DNA from: Thermodesulfobacteriota bacterium
Lineage (GTDB): Bacteria; Desulfobacterota; Desulfobulbia; Desulfobulbales; JBFMBH01
Direction of reading: 5' to 3'
DNA length: 64,000 bases
Assembly (NCBI GenBank): GCA_040755095.1
Contig: JBFMBH010000005.1
Span: forward strand, 479 to 64,478
Made by a program: the position numbers and the translations under genes. Positions 26,830 through 37,090 of the stretch are shown here, piece after piece (the first letter of the stretch is position 1; every line of letters starts with the position of its first letter). The notes under the pieces were generated by a model that was not told the origin of the DNA, made no database searches, and saw nothing but the letters and a program-made list of their open reading frames with translations.

Positions 26830-27516
26830 TTACTGCGCCTTCAAGCGAGCCAGGCGCTCCGCCACCCGCTCCTTGGGCAGGGCGCTGTTCTGGTCGGCCC
26901 GGGCGAGATAGGCCTCGTAGGTCTGACGGGCCTGGTCCAAGGCCCCCTGGGCCTCGTGGAGCCGCCCCATGCCCAGGCAGGCCTGCTCGGCAAAGCCGTC
27001 CCAGGCGGCCAGGCCCTGGTAGTGGCTCATGGCCTCGCCAGGCTGCCCTTTGATCTCCAGGGTGACCGCCAGGGCCAGCTCCACCAGGGGAGCCAGGGGA
27101 CTCTTCCTGTTCAGCTCTTCCGCCACCGCCCGGTAATGGCTGAGGGCCTCGTCCAAGCGTCCGGCCTGCCGTTCCAGATGGCCCAGCTCCAGCCGCGCCC
27201 ACAACCCGGCGCCAGTGCTGCCGTACCGATCTCCCACCTCGGCCAGAAGCCGTTGGCGCTCGCCGCTGTCGACAGCCTCCAAGGCCAAAGCCAACCGGGC
27301 CGCTCCCTCATCTGCCGTGCGCTCCTGCCAGGCCGAGAAGGCCTGCCAGCCCACCACAGCCAGCACCACGACCACGCCGGCGACCTGCAGCTTCAGGGCG
27401 TGCTCCCTCAGGAAGGCAGCGGCCCGAGGAGGCACGTTCAGCTGCTCCAGGAGGCCCTGCTTCTCGGCCACCAGGGTTTCCAGCCGCTTCTTGCTGAAGG
27501 CACTGTCGTCTGCCAT
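26830..27516 (-). CDS. Single-pass membrane TPR protein (YfgM-like)
   Basis: TM segment LKLQVAGVVVVLAVVGWQAF followed by TPR-like helices. Only the 3' third of the long ORF 26830..29148 is protein-like. Confidence 0.6.
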   Translation of the reverse strand: MADDSAFSKKRLETLVAEKQGLLEQLNVPPRAAAFLREHALKLQVAGVVVVLAVVGWQAFSAWQERTADEGAARLALALEAVDSGERQRLLAEVGDRYGSTGAGLWARLELGHLERQAGRLDEALSHYRAVAEELNRKSPLAPLVELALAVTLEIKGQPGEAMSHYQGLAAWDGFAEQACLGMGRLHEAQGALDQARQTYEAYLARADQNSALPKERVAERLARLKAQ

Positions 27517-27702
27517 GCATTCCTCGCTGTCCAACGGCACGGCCGCCGGGGGCATCTGTCCTCTTCGGGACGACATCACAAGCGACGGGGATCGCGGCAC
27601 GAGACATGGCCGCCATCGAAAAGGTGGATTGTGACACAGGCCGACAGGGTTGTCAAAATCAAATCCGGCTCTGGCCGCGGGTTTTGACGGCCGGGCGGGG
27701 CC

Positions 27703-29076
27703 GTGGTAAGAGACCAGACCATGTTCGCCACCACCATTCCGGTGCAGACGGTCAGCGAGCTGACCCGATCCATCCGAGGCCTCATCGAAGCCCATTTCCC
27801 CTTTGTCGCCGTTGCCGGCGAGATCTCCAACCTGCGCCGGCCCCTGTCCGGTCACCTCTATTTTTCCCTGAAAGACCAGGAGGCCCAGCTCAAGGCGGTG
27901 CTCTTCAAGCCGCAGCTGCGCTACCTGGCCATGACCCCGGCCGATGGGCTGGAAGTCGTCTGCCGGGGACGGCTGTCGGTCTACGAGCCGCGGGGTGAGT
28001 ACCAGCTGGTGGTGGATCTCATGGAGCCCCGCGGGGTGGGGGCCCTGCAGCTGGCCTTCGAGGCCCTGAAGGGGCGGCTGGCCGCGGAGGGCCTTTTCGC
28101 TGCCGAGCGCAAGCGGCCGCTGCCGGTCCTGCCAGAGCGGATCGCCCTCATCACCTCGCCCGCCGCGGCCGCCCTGTTTGACTTCCTGCGGCTGGCCCGC
28201 CAGCGCTGCCCCGGGGTGGCCATCGATATCCATCCGGCACGGGTGCAGGGCGAGGGAGCGGCCGCCGAGATGGTGGAAGCCCTGACCCGGATCCAGGCCT
28301 TGCGGCCGGCGGACGTTATCGTCTTGTGCCGAGGGGGCGGCTCGGCAGAAGACTTGGCCCAGTTCAACGACGAGGGCCTGGCCAGGGCCATCGCGGCCTC
28401 GACCATTCCGGTCGTCTCGGCGGTGGGCCACGAGACCGATTTCACCATTGCCGATCTCGTGGCCGATCTTCGCGCCCCCACCCCTACCGCCGCCGTGGCG
28501 CTGGTCCTGCCGGATCGGCGCCGGCTCCTGGAGGCGATCTGCGAGCTGGAGGGACGTCTGGGGCGGGCGCTCGGGCGGCGGCTTGTCCAGGAGCGGCAGG
28601 CGCTTGTCGGCCTGCGCCGGGCCCTGGGCGACCCGCGGGCGCTCCTGGATCACCAGCTCTTGCGCCTCGACTATGGTGTCCAGGGGCTGCGGCAGGCCAT
28701 GATTGCCCGCCTGCAGGCAGGCACCGGCGCCCTGCTTCGGCTGCAGGCGCTGCTGGGCTCGCAGAGTCCCGCAGAGCGCCTCTTCCGGCAGGCCCAACGT
28801 CGGGAGCACCTGCGCCGGGAGTTGAATCAGCTCATGCGCCAGAGACTGGCTTTCGGCCGCAGCCGGCTGGAGCGACTGGTCGGGGTGTTGCAGGCAGTGA
28901 GTCCCTTGGCGGTGCTGGGACGGGGCTACGCCCTGGTGCGGACGACACCGGACGGGGTGGTGGTGCGGGACAGCGGGCAGGTGGCCAGGGGGCAGGAGCT
29001 GTCGGTGCGCCTGGCCGCGGGGCAGCTCCTGGTGCGGGTGCTGGAGACAGGGCGGGGTGAAGACGGAGGGAAATAA
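27703..29076 (+). CDS. xseA: Exodeoxyribonuclease VII large subunit
   Basis: [21 protein letters not shown]......GH.YFSLKD, then ITSP.AAA..D and RGGGS.EDL..FN.E. The start may instead be ATG 27721. Confidence 0.9.
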   Translation: MVRDQTMFATTIPVQTVSELTRSIRGLIEAHFPFVAVAGEISNLRRPLSGHLYFSLKDQEAQLKAVLFKPQLRYLAMTPADGLEVVCRGRLSVYEPRGEYQLVVDLMEPRGVGALQLAFEALKGRLAAEGLFAAERKRPLPVLPERIALITSPAAAALFDFLRLARQRCPGVAIDIHPARVQGEGAAAEMVEALTRIQALRPADVIVLCRGGGSAEDLAQFNDEGLARAIAASTIPVVSAVGHETDFTIADLVADLRAPTPTAAVALVLPDRRRLLEAICELEGRLGRALGRRLVQERQALVGLRRALGDPRALLDHQLLRLDYGVQGLRQAMIARLQAGTGALLRLQALLGSQSPAERLFRQAQRREHLRRELNQLMRQRLAFGRSRLERLVGVLQAVSPLAVLGRGYALVRTTPDGVVVRDSGQVARGQELSVRLAAGQLLVRVLETGRGEDGGK

Positions 29077-29111
29077 GAAAGCCCCCGGAGGATCTTCCCC
29101 CGGGGGCTTTC
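29077..29111. terminator. GC-rich hairpin between xseA (+) and tRNA-Pro (-), probably a bidirectional intrinsic terminator
   Basis: GAAAGCCCCCGG-N11-CCGGGGGCTTTC. On the minus strand it is followed by TTATTTCC. Confidence 0.6.
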
Positions 29112-29121
29112 CCAGCGCGTG

Positions 29122-29198
29122 TGGTCGGGACGAGTGGATTCGAACCACCGACCCCAGCGTCCCGAACGCTGTGCTCTACCAGGCTGAGCCACGTCCCG
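29122..29198 (-). tRNA. tRNA-Pro (anticodon CGG), CCA encoded
   Basis: Cloverleaf folded by hand. Acceptor CGGGACG/CGTCCCG; D arm GCTC-AGCCTGGTA-GAGC; anticodon arm CAGCG-TTCGGGA-CGCTG; T arm GGTGG-TTCGAAT-CCACT; discriminator A + CCA. 77 nt. Confidence 0.93.
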
Positions 29199-29259
29199 AC
29201 ACGATGAGCTGTATCCGCCTTACGCCGTCTCCTGTCTCGAATACACCTTACGAACCGTA

Positions 29260-29532
29260 CTACTTGATATTGTCCGTCAACCGGCTGCCCGGCTTGAAGC
29301 GTGCCACCTTGCGGGCCTCGATCTTCATCATGCTACCGGTGCGGGGATTGCGCCCCTGGCGAGCAGCCCGCTCCGCCACTGAGAAGGTGCCGAAGCCAAC
29401 CAGCGTTACCCGATCCCCGCTGCCGAGGGCATCGACGATGCCATCGATCAGGCCGTTGAGAGCCTTTTCCGCGGCGGCCTTGCTGATGTCGGCTTCACTG
29501 GCCATTCTCTCCACCAAGTCACTTTTGTTCAT
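29260..29532 (-). CDS. HU-family nucleoid-associated DNA-binding protein
   Basis: [11 protein letters not shown]...[30 protein letters not shown]; 90 aa. Confidence 0.95.
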   Translation of the reverse strand: MNKSDLVERMASEADISKAAAEKALNGLIDGIVDALGSGDRVTLVGFGTFSVAERAARQGRNPRTGSMMKIEARKVARFKPGSRLTDNIK

Positions 29533-29688
29533 GCTGCCTTCCTCCTCAGTGTGTTGTGGGTTCGAGCCAGGTTCTCATGTGCGTCGGCGTCTGTCACAGG
29601 CCCCTCACCGCGATGCAGAGCCGGATTGTAGCAAATCGAAGTCGGTTGTCAAACAAAAAAATGGCCAGCAAAGCGCCTTTGCAGCCGG

Positions 29689-30594
29689 CTAACAGGTGTC
29701 GCGGGCGGCCAGATTGACGGTGACCTCCTGGACACCCAGCGCATCGAAGCGCGTGACTACAGACCGCCGCCAGGCGGGATCCGCTATCCGGGGGAAATCG
29801 CCAGCGGTGATCTCGATGCGGCAAGCTGCATCGGCCACCAGGCGCACCCGGCAGTCACCGATAGCACAGGCCTTCAGCACGGCCTCCAGCTCGGCCACCA
29901 GGGCCAGCCTTTCCCGGGTTACCGCCAGGCCGCTGGCCAGGCGGGTGGCCAGGCAGGAGCCGGCCGGCCGGTTCCAGGTGACAAGGCCCAGGAGCCGGCT
30001 CGCTTCCCGGACCTCGGCCTTGGTCAGGGTGGCCGTTGCCAAGGGAGTGCCGACGCCCAGCTCGGCCAGGGCACGCCGGCCTGGCCGGGTCTCCCTGGTG
30101 TCATCGGCATTGGTGCCATCGACCAGACTGCCCCCGCCGGCGCCGGCCAGATGGGCCAGGAAGGCCTGATACAGCCGCCGCTTGCAGTGATAACAGCGAT
30201 CGGCTGGGTTGGCCACCAGCTCAGGCCAGTCCAGAGGCGACGTCCGGATTGCGGTGACCGCGGCGCCCAGGCCGCGGGCCACGGTCTCGGCCCAGCCCCG
30301 GTCCGCGGGAGGCTGCAGAATGGAGTGGGCGTGGAGAGCCAGGACCCGGCCGGGTCGCGCGGCAAGGGCGGTGGCCAGGAGCAGGGTGCTGTCCGCGCCG
30401 CCGGAGAAGGCTACGGCCAGCAGTCCGCCTCCGCCCAACAGGTCGTGAAGATGCCGAAGTTTGGCGGCCAGGGCCGGGGGCCAGACCGCGGCCGCCGCCG
30501 GCCCACCCGTCAGCCAGTCTTGGCTGGGGAAGCCAGAGAGGACGGCAGGGGCGTGATCGGTTGCGTGAGGAGGAGCTTGTCGTCCACGATCCAT
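29689..30594 (-). CDS. PP-loop ATP pyrophosphatase, LarE-like putative sulfur transferase (TIGR00268-like)
   Basis: PP-loop AFSGGADSTLLL and CYHCK motif. The start is uncertain: ATG 30594 overlaps the upstream gene by 85 nt, and no ATG/GTG/TTG lies between it and the PP-loop. Confidence 0.7.
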   Translation of the reverse strand: MDRGRQAPPHATDHAPAVLSGFPSQDWLTGGPAAAAVWPPALAAKLRHLHDLLGGGGLLAVAFSGGADSTLLLATALAARPGRVLALHAHSILQPPADRGWAETVARGLGAAVTAIRTSPLDWPELVANPADRCYHCKRRLYQAFLAHLAGAGGGSLVDGTNADDTRETRPGRRALAELGVGTPLATATLTKAEVREASRLLGLVTWNRPAGSCLATRLASGLAVTRERLALVAELEAVLKACAIGDCRVRLVADAACRIEITAGDFPRIADPAWRRSVVTRFDALGVQEVTVNLAARDTC

Positions 30595-31703
30595 CGCTTC
30601 AGAGTCTCCGCGATCTCCCGCGCCCGCACCACACTCGACAAGGGCGCGGTGGGGATCTTCTTCCCGGCCACCTCGATCACACCACTCTTGAGCTGGGCGT
30701 ACGAGACCTCGCCGTAGTTGCGGGCGACGCCGTTCGGGTAGTCGTAGGCGTAGTCAACCACCTGGGTGAGGAGATCGCCGTCCGAAACCCCGGTGAAGGC
30801 GGCCATGGCCGCGTCCAGGATCGGGATCGGCACTCCCAGGCCTACGGCCAGCGAGCTGCCGTACCCCTGCATGCTCACCCCGCGGAGCCAACGGGGATGC
30901 ATGGCCCTGAGGTCCCCTTGCACCATGAGGGTACCGGCGGGCCGGCGTGGTGTGCCGTTCTTGCGCCGGGCCTGATCCGGGTTGTGCTGAGTACCGTGCC
31001 AGGTGACATAGCCGATTCCGCCTCCCAGGAAGATGCGGGTGCCGAGGCCGATGGTCCGGTACAGGGGGTCATTCATGAGTGGGCTCAGCTCGCCGGCGCT
31101 GCAGTATGTGGCGTTGCGGCCCTGGGATTTCAGGGTCCCCATGTAGGTGTAAATGGTGCGGTCGGAAAGATTGATGGCGCAGTTGTAGTTCTGGTAGCCG
31201 TTGCGGGGGTTGCACAGGAGCGCGTAGGGCAGGTCGTCCAGGGTGACCTCCCGGTCGAGCCGCTTGTTGGGGTAACAATGGGTGCCGTAGCCCTCGACCC
31301 GCAAGCGCACCTTGCGCCGGGCAACCAGGTCCTCGATGACGTGGCCGCCGCCGTACCGGAACTCCCCTGGGAAGACCTTGTTCAAGGGGTCATCTTCACT
31401 GGGCTCGGTGGCGCCGATGTAGATGTCCACCGCTGCCAGGCCGGCGTACGCCGGAACGTCGTTGAGCCAGACCCGGGAGCCCTTGATGGTGGGCTTGGCA
31501 TGGCCGAAATTGATGAAGGCCCCTGAGGAGCACATGGGGGCAAAGGTGCCGGTGGTGACGACGTCGACGCTGCGGGCCGCGTCCTCAGGACCGACGCGCC
31601 GCACGACTTCCACCATCTCTTCTGCGGTCACCACCACCGCCTCGCCGGCCAGAATCCGGCGATTGATCTCTTCATACGTTTTGATGCAGGGCTGTTCGCT
31701 CAT
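30510..31703 (-). CDS. COG1900/DUF39 homocysteine-biosynthesis protein (HcyBio family)
   Basis: KTYEEINRRI..GEAVVVTAEEM...VDVVTTGTF.PMCSSGAF.NFGH..P.IK....LNDV.AY.G.AAVD.Y.GAT; 397 aa. Confidence 0.85.
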   Translation of the reverse strand: MSEQPCIKTYEEINRRILAGEAVVVTAEEMVEVVRRVGPEDAARSVDVVTTGTFAPMCSSGAFINFGHAKPTIKGSRVWLNDVPAYAGLAAVDIYIGATEPSEDDPLNKVFPGEFRYGGGHVIEDLVARRKVRLRVEGYGTHCYPNKRLDREVTLDDLPYALLCNPRNGYQNYNCAINLSDRTIYTYMGTLKSQGRNATYCSAGELSPLMNDPLYRTIGLGTRIFLGGGIGYVTWHGTQHNPDQARRKNGTPRRPAGTLMVQGDLRAMHPRWLRGVSMQGYGSSLAVGLGVPIPILDAAMAAFTGVSDGDLLTQVVDYAYDYPNGVARNYGEVSYAQLKSGVIEVAGKKIPTAPLSSVVRAREIAETLKRWIVDDKLLLTQPITPLPSSLASPAKTG

Positions 31704-31819
31704 GGACAGGGTTGGCCTTGCGGCCTGGTCATACCGGGAAGAGGGGCGGAAGAAGGGTCGGGGCCGAGCACGGGATCGGCCGCGCAGGCGCCTCCGGGGC
31801 GGGCCAGGGACTGGCGCTG

Positions 31820-32419
31820 TCAGCTCATGACCGACAGGACCTTGTGCCCAGCCCGCTCCAGGGCGTCAACGATGGGATCCATGTCGCCCTTCTCCAGACG
31901 GAAATAGTAGATCTTGCGACGGGAGGAATGGGTTTCGGTGGCGAAGCTGATGATCTCGCCATGGTGCTCCTTGATGATGCGGGTGACCTCGGCGAGACCG
32001 CCCTTCTTGCCAATGACGATATCCAGACGGGAGGAGGCCTTGAGCACCCCCATGACCTCGATGAAGGACGAGAGGATGTCGGTCGCGGTGATGATGCCCA
32101 CCAGCCGCTTCTTCTCCAGAACTGGCAGGCCACCGATCTTGTAGTCGTGGATCAGCTTGGCCGCCGATTCGATGTTGGCACTGCTGTTGATGGTAATGGG
32201 GTTGATGATCATCACCTGCTCCACCGGGATGTCTTCCATCATCGAAGGAAAGAAGAACTGCCGGAGGTCGCTCTCGGTGATGAACCCCACCAGCTCCTCG
32301 CTGTCCATCACCGGCAAGTGACGGATCGAGTGCTTGCGCATCAGCTGCGCCGCATCCTGCAGGAGGGCACGCCGATCGATGGTGACCGGATCCTTCGTCA
32401 TCCAGGTTTTGATCTTCAT
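31820..32419 (-). CDS. CBS-pair + ACT-like domain protein
   Basis: Two CBS motifs (MTKDPVTI...IRHLPVMD...LVGFITESDL and IGGLPVLEKKRLVGIITATDI) plus a C-terminal small regulatory domain. Confidence 0.85.
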   Translation of the reverse strand: MKIKTWMTKDPVTIDRRALLQDAAQLMRKHSIRHLPVMDSEELVGFITESDLRQFFFPSMMEDIPVEQVMIINPITINSSANIESAAKLIHDYKIGGLPVLEKKRLVGIITATDILSSFIEVMGVLKASSRLDIVIGKKGGLAEVTRIIKEHHGEIISFATETHSSRRKIYYFRLEKGDMDPIVDALERAGHKVLSVMS

Positions 32420-32663
32420 GGCGCGTCCGGAGCGGGTCAGGGAGCGGCCAGCAGGCCGGGCCAGGGGATGATGGCAGTCGGCTGGGCTGCTGCACAGTAG
32501 AATACTTTGCTGTTCTTTTCAAGGCTATTCCTGCCCGGGCCGGCCGCCTGGATCCGGCCGGCCGCAAGGATTTTCCTTTCCAAGGCCGGCCGGATGCTTT
32601 ACAGTTCTGGCTCTCCTGTGACCTGGAACGACGTGTTGCCCTGTCCCTTCTTCGACCGTTGCC

Positions 32664-33779
32664 ATGACCATCGAGCACGATCTGGACGACGATCTGGATG
32701 CCATCCGGCATCGGATTGATGCCATTGACAGCCAGCTCCTGGGTCTCCTCCATGAGCGGTTGGCCTGCGCCCGGGAGATCGGCCGCCTCAAGGCGCAAGA
32801 CAATCGGGCCAGTTGGGATCCGCGGCGGGAGCAGCAGATTCACGAACGGCTGGCAGCACAGAACCGTGGTGTCTTCCCGGAGGACGCGCTCCACAGCATA
32901 GTTCACGAGATCATCACCACCTGCCGCCTGGCGCAGCGGCCGACGACAGTGGCCTACCTCGGCCCTGAGGGCACCTTCACCCAGGAGGCGGCTGAGCTTC
33001 ATTTCGGCCGGCAAGCGTTGTTTCTGCCCAGGGAGAGCGCCGAGGACATCTTCGAGGATGTGGCTCGGGGCCGCTCGGAGTACGGCGTGGTGCCGGTGGA
33101 GAATTCCATCGAGGGCTCGGTGACCTCCACGCTCGATGGCTTCATCCGGTGCCGGGTGCAGATTGTCGCCGAGCTGTACCTGCCGATCCGTCACCATCTG
33201 TTGTGCCGATCCGGTGACCGGGAGGCGATCCGGACGGTCACCTCCCACCCCCAGGCCCTGGCCCAATGCCGGGGCTGGCTGCAGAAGAACCTGCCTGGGA
33301 TCCCTTGTCAGCCGGTGCTCAGCACCGCGCTCGCTGCGCAGCTGGCAGCCCAGGACGGGAGCGTGGCTGCCATCGCCAGCCACGAGGCTATGAAGCGGTA
33401 TCGGCTGCAGGTGGTGGCGCCCCGCATCGAGGATCGGGCCGGCAACACGACCCGCTTCCTGGTCATTGGCCGCCAGTCCCCCATGCGAACCGGCCGTGAC
33501 AAGACCTCGGTGCTCATCGGTCTCATGGACCGTCCGGGTGCCCTTCAGGCCACCTTGAGCCTCCTGGCCGACCGCCACATCAACCTGACCCGCATCGAGT
33601 CCCGGCCCAACCGGGATCAGCCCTGGAGCTACCTGTTCTTCCTGGATCTGGAGGGACACTACGACGACGACGTGGTGCAGGACGGCTGCCAGCGGCTGCG
33701 GGAGGCGTGCACCGCCTTTGTCTGGCTGGGCTCTTATCCCAAGGCTGACCGCCGGGATGAGCCGGCGGCGGGCTGTTGA
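32664..33779 (+). CDS. pheA: Bifunctional chorismate mutase / prephenate dehydratase (P-protein)
   Basis: CM helix LDAIRHRIDAIDSQLLGLLHERLACAREIGRLK; PDT VAYLGPEGTFTQEAA and TRFLVIG; ACT TSVLIGL.DRPGAL...L......INLTRIESRP. Confidence 0.92.
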   Translation: MTIEHDLDDDLDAIRHRIDAIDSQLLGLLHERLACAREIGRLKAQDNRASWDPRREQQIHERLAAQNRGVFPEDALHSIVHEIITTCRLAQRPTTVAYLGPEGTFTQEAAELHFGRQALFLPRESAEDIFEDVARGRSEYGVVPVENSIEGSVTSTLDGFIRCRVQIVAELYLPIRHHLLCRSGDREAIRTVTSHPQALAQCRGWLQKNLPGIPCQPVLSTALAAQLAAQDGSVAAIASHEAMKRYRLQVVAPRIEDRAGNTTRFLVIGRQSPMRTGRDKTSVLIGLMDRPGALQATLSLLADRHINLTRIESRPNRDQPWSYLFFLDLEGHYDDDVVQDGCQRLREACTAFVWLGSYPKADRRDEPAAGC

Positions 33780-33823
33780 CAGACGCCCTGTTGCCGGATG
33801 CCGGCAGGCGCCTCCGGTGAGCT

Positions 33824-34846
33824 ATGCTGGTCCTGGGTATCGAGACCTCCTGCGACGAGACAGCGGCCGCGGTGCTGACCGAGGACGGTCGGGTGCTGGC
33901 CTCGGTGGTGGACTCCCAGGTGGCGATCCACAGCCGTTTCGGCGGCGTGGTGCCGGAGCTGGCCTCCCGCCGGCACATGGAGGCCGTTGCCCCGGTGGTC
34001 TTTGCCGCCTTGGATGGGGCCGGGGTTGGCCTGGAGGCCATTGACTTCGTGGCCGCTACCCAGGGGCCGGGCCTGGTGGGCTCGCTCCTGGTGGGCTTCT
34101 CGTTTGCCAAGGCCCTTGCCTACGTGCGCCGGCTGCCCCTGGTGGGGGTCAATCACATGGCCGGTCATGTCGCGTCCGTGTTCCTGACCGAGGATCCGCC
34201 TGCCTTCCCCTTCGTCTGCCTCGTGGCATCCGGCGGGCACTCCAGCCTGTTCCTGGTCGAGGCGCCTGCGAGGCTCCGCCTTCTGGGTCAGACGCGGGAT
34301 GACGCTGCCGGTGAGGCCTTCGACAAGGTGGCCAAGATCCTTGGCCTGGGCTATCCGGGTGGTCCCCTGGTGAGTGCGGCGGCGCAGGGGGCGGATCCGG
34401 CGGCGATCCGTTTCCCCCGAGCCCTGCTGGAAGAGGACAGCCTGGATTTCAGCTTCAGCGGCATCAAGACCGCCGTGGCCCAGCATGTCTGGCAGGAGGC
34501 GAGGGCGGGCCGACCGGTCAGCCCCGGGGAGGTCTGCGCCGGCTTCCAGGAGGCAGTAGTGGAGGTGTTGGTTGCCAAGCTGCTGCGGGCGGCGGCACAG
34601 TGTCGCTGTCCGCGGTTGGCCCTGGCCGGCGGGGTGGCGGCCAACGAGCGGCTGCGTGCACTGCTCGCGGCCCGGGCCACTGCCTCCGGGCTGGCGGTTT
34701 GGCTGCCGGCGCCGGCCTGGTGCACCGATAACGCTGCCATGATCGCCTTGGCTGGGCTTGCCAAGTACGATCCCGGCTTGCCATCGGCCTTGGACGCTGA
34801 TGTCTACTCCCGCTCTTCATTTCCGGGCGGTCTTCTTGCGGTCTAG
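33824..34846 (+). CDS. tsaD: tRNA N6-adenosine threonylcarbamoyltransferase
   Basis: MLVLGIETSCDETAAAV...HSRFGGVVPELASRRH...VNHMAGH...SGGHS. Confidence 0.95.
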   Translation: MLVLGIETSCDETAAAVLTEDGRVLASVVDSQVAIHSRFGGVVPELASRRHMEAVAPVVFAALDGAGVGLEAIDFVAATQGPGLVGSLLVGFSFAKALAYVRRLPLVGVNHMAGHVASVFLTEDPPAFPFVCLVASGGHSSLFLVEAPARLRLLGQTRDDAAGEAFDKVAKILGLGYPGGPLVSAAAQGADPAAIRFPRALLEEDSLDFSFSGIKTAVAQHVWQEARAGRPVSPGEVCAGFQEAVVEVLVAKLLRAAAQCRCPRLALAGGVAANERLRALLAARATASGLAVWLPAPAWCTDNAAMIALAGLAKYDPGLPSALDADVYSRSSFPGGLLAV

Positions 34847-34854
34847 GGACGCCT

Positions 34855-35379
34855 ATGGCCCTGTTGCAGCCTCGCCGGGCTTTGCGCTACTACTCCCTGC
34901 GGCTGCAGCGGCTCCGGGGTGAGCCTCGGGGGCTGGCCCTGGGAGTGGCCATCGGCGTCTTCATAGGCATCACCCCCACCATCCCTCTGCATTCCCTCCT
35001 GATCATCGCTTTGACCTTGGCCTGCCGGGCCAGCACCCTGGCCGGAATCCTGGCCAGTTGGCTAGTCAGCAACCCGGCAACCTTTGTCCTCCAGTATTAT
35101 TTGTCCTGGTGGCTGGGGGAGGCCCTCTTGCGACGAGGGCTGTGCTGGAGTCAAGTCCAGGGGGTGGTGGCCTGCGTCCTTTCCGAGGCTCCCTTTCTGG
35201 AACGGCTGTCCGCCGTCTGTCGGCTGGGTCTCGACAGCTTGTCGGTGCTTCTGGTGGGCGGTGCGGTTCTTGCCCTGCCGTTTGGACTGGTGAGCTATTT
35301 CGTGGCCTGGCGTTTCTTCCGGATGCTGGCCAAACGGCGACCGTTGCGGTCTGGTGCCGCCCGGACATCGGAGGAGTAG
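34855..35379 (+). CDS. DUF2062-family membrane protein
   Basis: GLALGVAIGVFIGITPTIPLHSLLIIALTLACRAS...SNP.TF; three or four TM segments. Confidence 0.7.
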   Translation: MALLQPRRALRYYSLRLQRLRGEPRGLALGVAIGVFIGITPTIPLHSLLIIALTLACRASTLAGILASWLVSNPATFVLQYYLSWWLGEALLRRGLCWSQVQGVVACVLSEAPFLERLSAVCRLGLDSLSVLLVGGAVLALPFGLVSYFVAWRFFRMLAKRRPLRSGAARTSEE

Positions 35380-35384
35380 CCGCC

Positions 35385-36311
35385 ATGAGTCGCCGTGGTC
35401 GGCGCCCGGAAGCGCCGGGGCAGGATGGGCCTGGGGAAGGCCGGTCCACGGTTCGCGAGGTGCTGGACCGGCAGGGCCTCGCCCCCAGCCGCCGGCTGGG
35501 GCAGAACTTTCTGGTCCATCCCGGGCTGGCGCAGAGGATCGTCGACCAGGCAGGGATTGAGGCCGGCGATCTGGTGGTGGAGCTGGGGGTCGGGCTTGGC
35601 GCTCTCACCAATCTTCTGGCCGCCCGGGCCCATACCGTGGTGGGGTTGGAGATCGATGCCGGACTGGTGCGCTGGCACCAAGAGGCCGCCGGCCTGGCCG
35701 CCAACGTCCGCCTCCTCCACGCCGACCTGCTGCACTTCGACTTGGCTTCCCTGGCCGCGGAAGAGGGACGGCCGCTCAAGATCGTCGCCAACCTGCCCTA
35801 TTCGGTATCGTCGCCATTCCTGTTCCGCCTTCTGGATCTGCGGTCCGCCGTGGCCTGGGCGGTGATCATGCTCCAGAAGGAGGTGGCGACCCGCCTGGCC
35901 GCCCTTCCCGGCTCCAGGGACTACGGTATCCTCTCGGTGCTGCTGGGGGCCTGCGCCCGGGTCCAGACCCTGTTCACGGTGGGGGCGGCCCATTTTCACC
36001 CCAGGCCCCGGGTGGATTCCGCGGTGGTGCGGGTCACCTTCCTCCCTCCGCCACCGGCAGTGGCCAACCTCCCGTTGCACGATCCCGACTGGCTAAGGGC
36101 GGTGGTCAAGGCCGCCTTCGGCCAGCGCCGGAAGACGCTGGCCAATGCCCTGTCCGCTGGCCTGGGCCTTGAGCGGTCGCTGGTGGAGGAGGCGACCACT
36201 GGTCTGGGCTGGGCCGGGGAGCGGCGGGCCCAGGAGCTGGGGGTGGCCGAGTTCGTCCGCCTGGCCAATGCCTTGGCCCCCCATCGTCCCGTCCCCGGCC
36301 GGAGGGGATGA
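35385..36311 (+). CDS. rsmA: 16S rRNA (adenine1518/1519-N6)-dimethyltransferase
   Basis: RLGQNFLVHPGLAQRIVD...VVELGVGLGALT...KIVANLPYSVSSP. In-frame ATG 35385 lies just after the DUF2062 stop. Confidence 0.92.
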   Translation: MSRRGRRPEAPGQDGPGEGRSTVREVLDRQGLAPSRRLGQNFLVHPGLAQRIVDQAGIEAGDLVVELGVGLGALTNLLAARAHTVVGLEIDAGLVRWHQEAAGLAANVRLLHADLLHFDLASLAAEEGRPLKIVANLPYSVSSPFLFRLLDLRSAVAWAVIMLQKEVATRLAALPGSRDYGILSVLLGACARVQTLFTVGAAHFHPRPRVDSAVVRVTFLPPPPAVANLPLHDPDWLRAVVKAAFGQRRKTLANALSAGLGLERSLVEEATTGLGWAGERRAQELGVAEFVRLANALAPHRPVPGRRG

Positions 36312-36319
36312 CCTGAGCC

Positions 36320-37090
36320 ATGCAGATCCTCATCACCAACGATGACGGCATCCATGCCCCGGGCCTCGTGGCCTTATGGACGGCGCTGGCACCCCGCCAC
36401 CAGGTGAGGGTGGTGGCACCGGACAGCGAGCAGAGCGCTGTCGGTCATGCCATCAGCTTGCATACACCACTTCGGGTGCGCCGCCTGCCCGGGGACGCCG
36501 GCGATCCCTGGCTGGCAGTCAGCGGCACCCCCGCAGACTGCGTGAAGATCGCCGTCGCCGAGCTTCTGGAGAGACCGCCGGACCTGGTGGTCTCCGGCGT
36601 CAACCGCGGTCCCAATGTCGGCATCAACCTTCTGTACTCCGGCACGGTATCGGCGGCCACCGAGGCCGGCATCCTGGGCATCCCGGCCCTGGCCGTTTCC
36701 CTGGATACCTACGAGGACGTGGATTTCTCCCTGGCAGCTCAGGTTGCCGCTCGACTGGTGGATTGGGGGGGCTGGCGAGCAGGTCCCGGTCCGGCGATCC
36801 TCAACGTCAATGTGCCGGCGTTGCCCCGGGAAGCCATACGCGGCCTGCGCTGGGCGCGCCAGGCCCTGGGCGCGCCCCGGGAGCGCTACGAGCGACGCCA
36901 GGACCCCCGGGCCAACACCTATTACTGGCTGGCCGGCGAGGCGCCTCCCCCAGCCGAGGCTGTTTCGGATCGGGCGGCCCTGGCTGCAGGCTACATCACC
37001 CTTACGCCCTTGCGCTACGACCTCACCGATGAGGCGGCGCTGGCCAGCCGTCTGGGGGCGGCGATCGAGTCGGCGGACCTGGGGCTCTGA
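36320..37090 (+). CDS. surE: 5'/3'-nucleotidase SurE
   Basis: MQILITNDDGIHAPGL...VVAPDSEQSAVGHAIS...VSGVNRGPN.G....YSGTVSAA.E. Confidence 0.95.
   Translation: MQILITNDDGIHAPGLVALWTALAPRHQVRVVAPDSEQSAVGHAISLHTPLRVRRLPGDAGDPWLAVSGTPADCVKIAVAELLERPPDLVVSGVNRGPNVGINLLYSGTVSAATEAGILGIPALAVSLDTYEDVDFSLAAQVAARLVDWGGWRAGPGPAILNVNVPALPREAIRGLRWARQALGAPRERYERRQDPRANTYYWLAGEAPPPAEAVSDRAALAAGYITLTPLRYDLTDEAALASRLGAAIESADLGL

Noticed and set aside
29077-29260. tRNA-Pro as a possible integration hotspot or genomic-island boundary
   Set aside because: There is no integrase, no direct repeat of the tRNA 3' end, and no mobile genes on either side. The flanking genes (xseA, HU) are core housekeeping.
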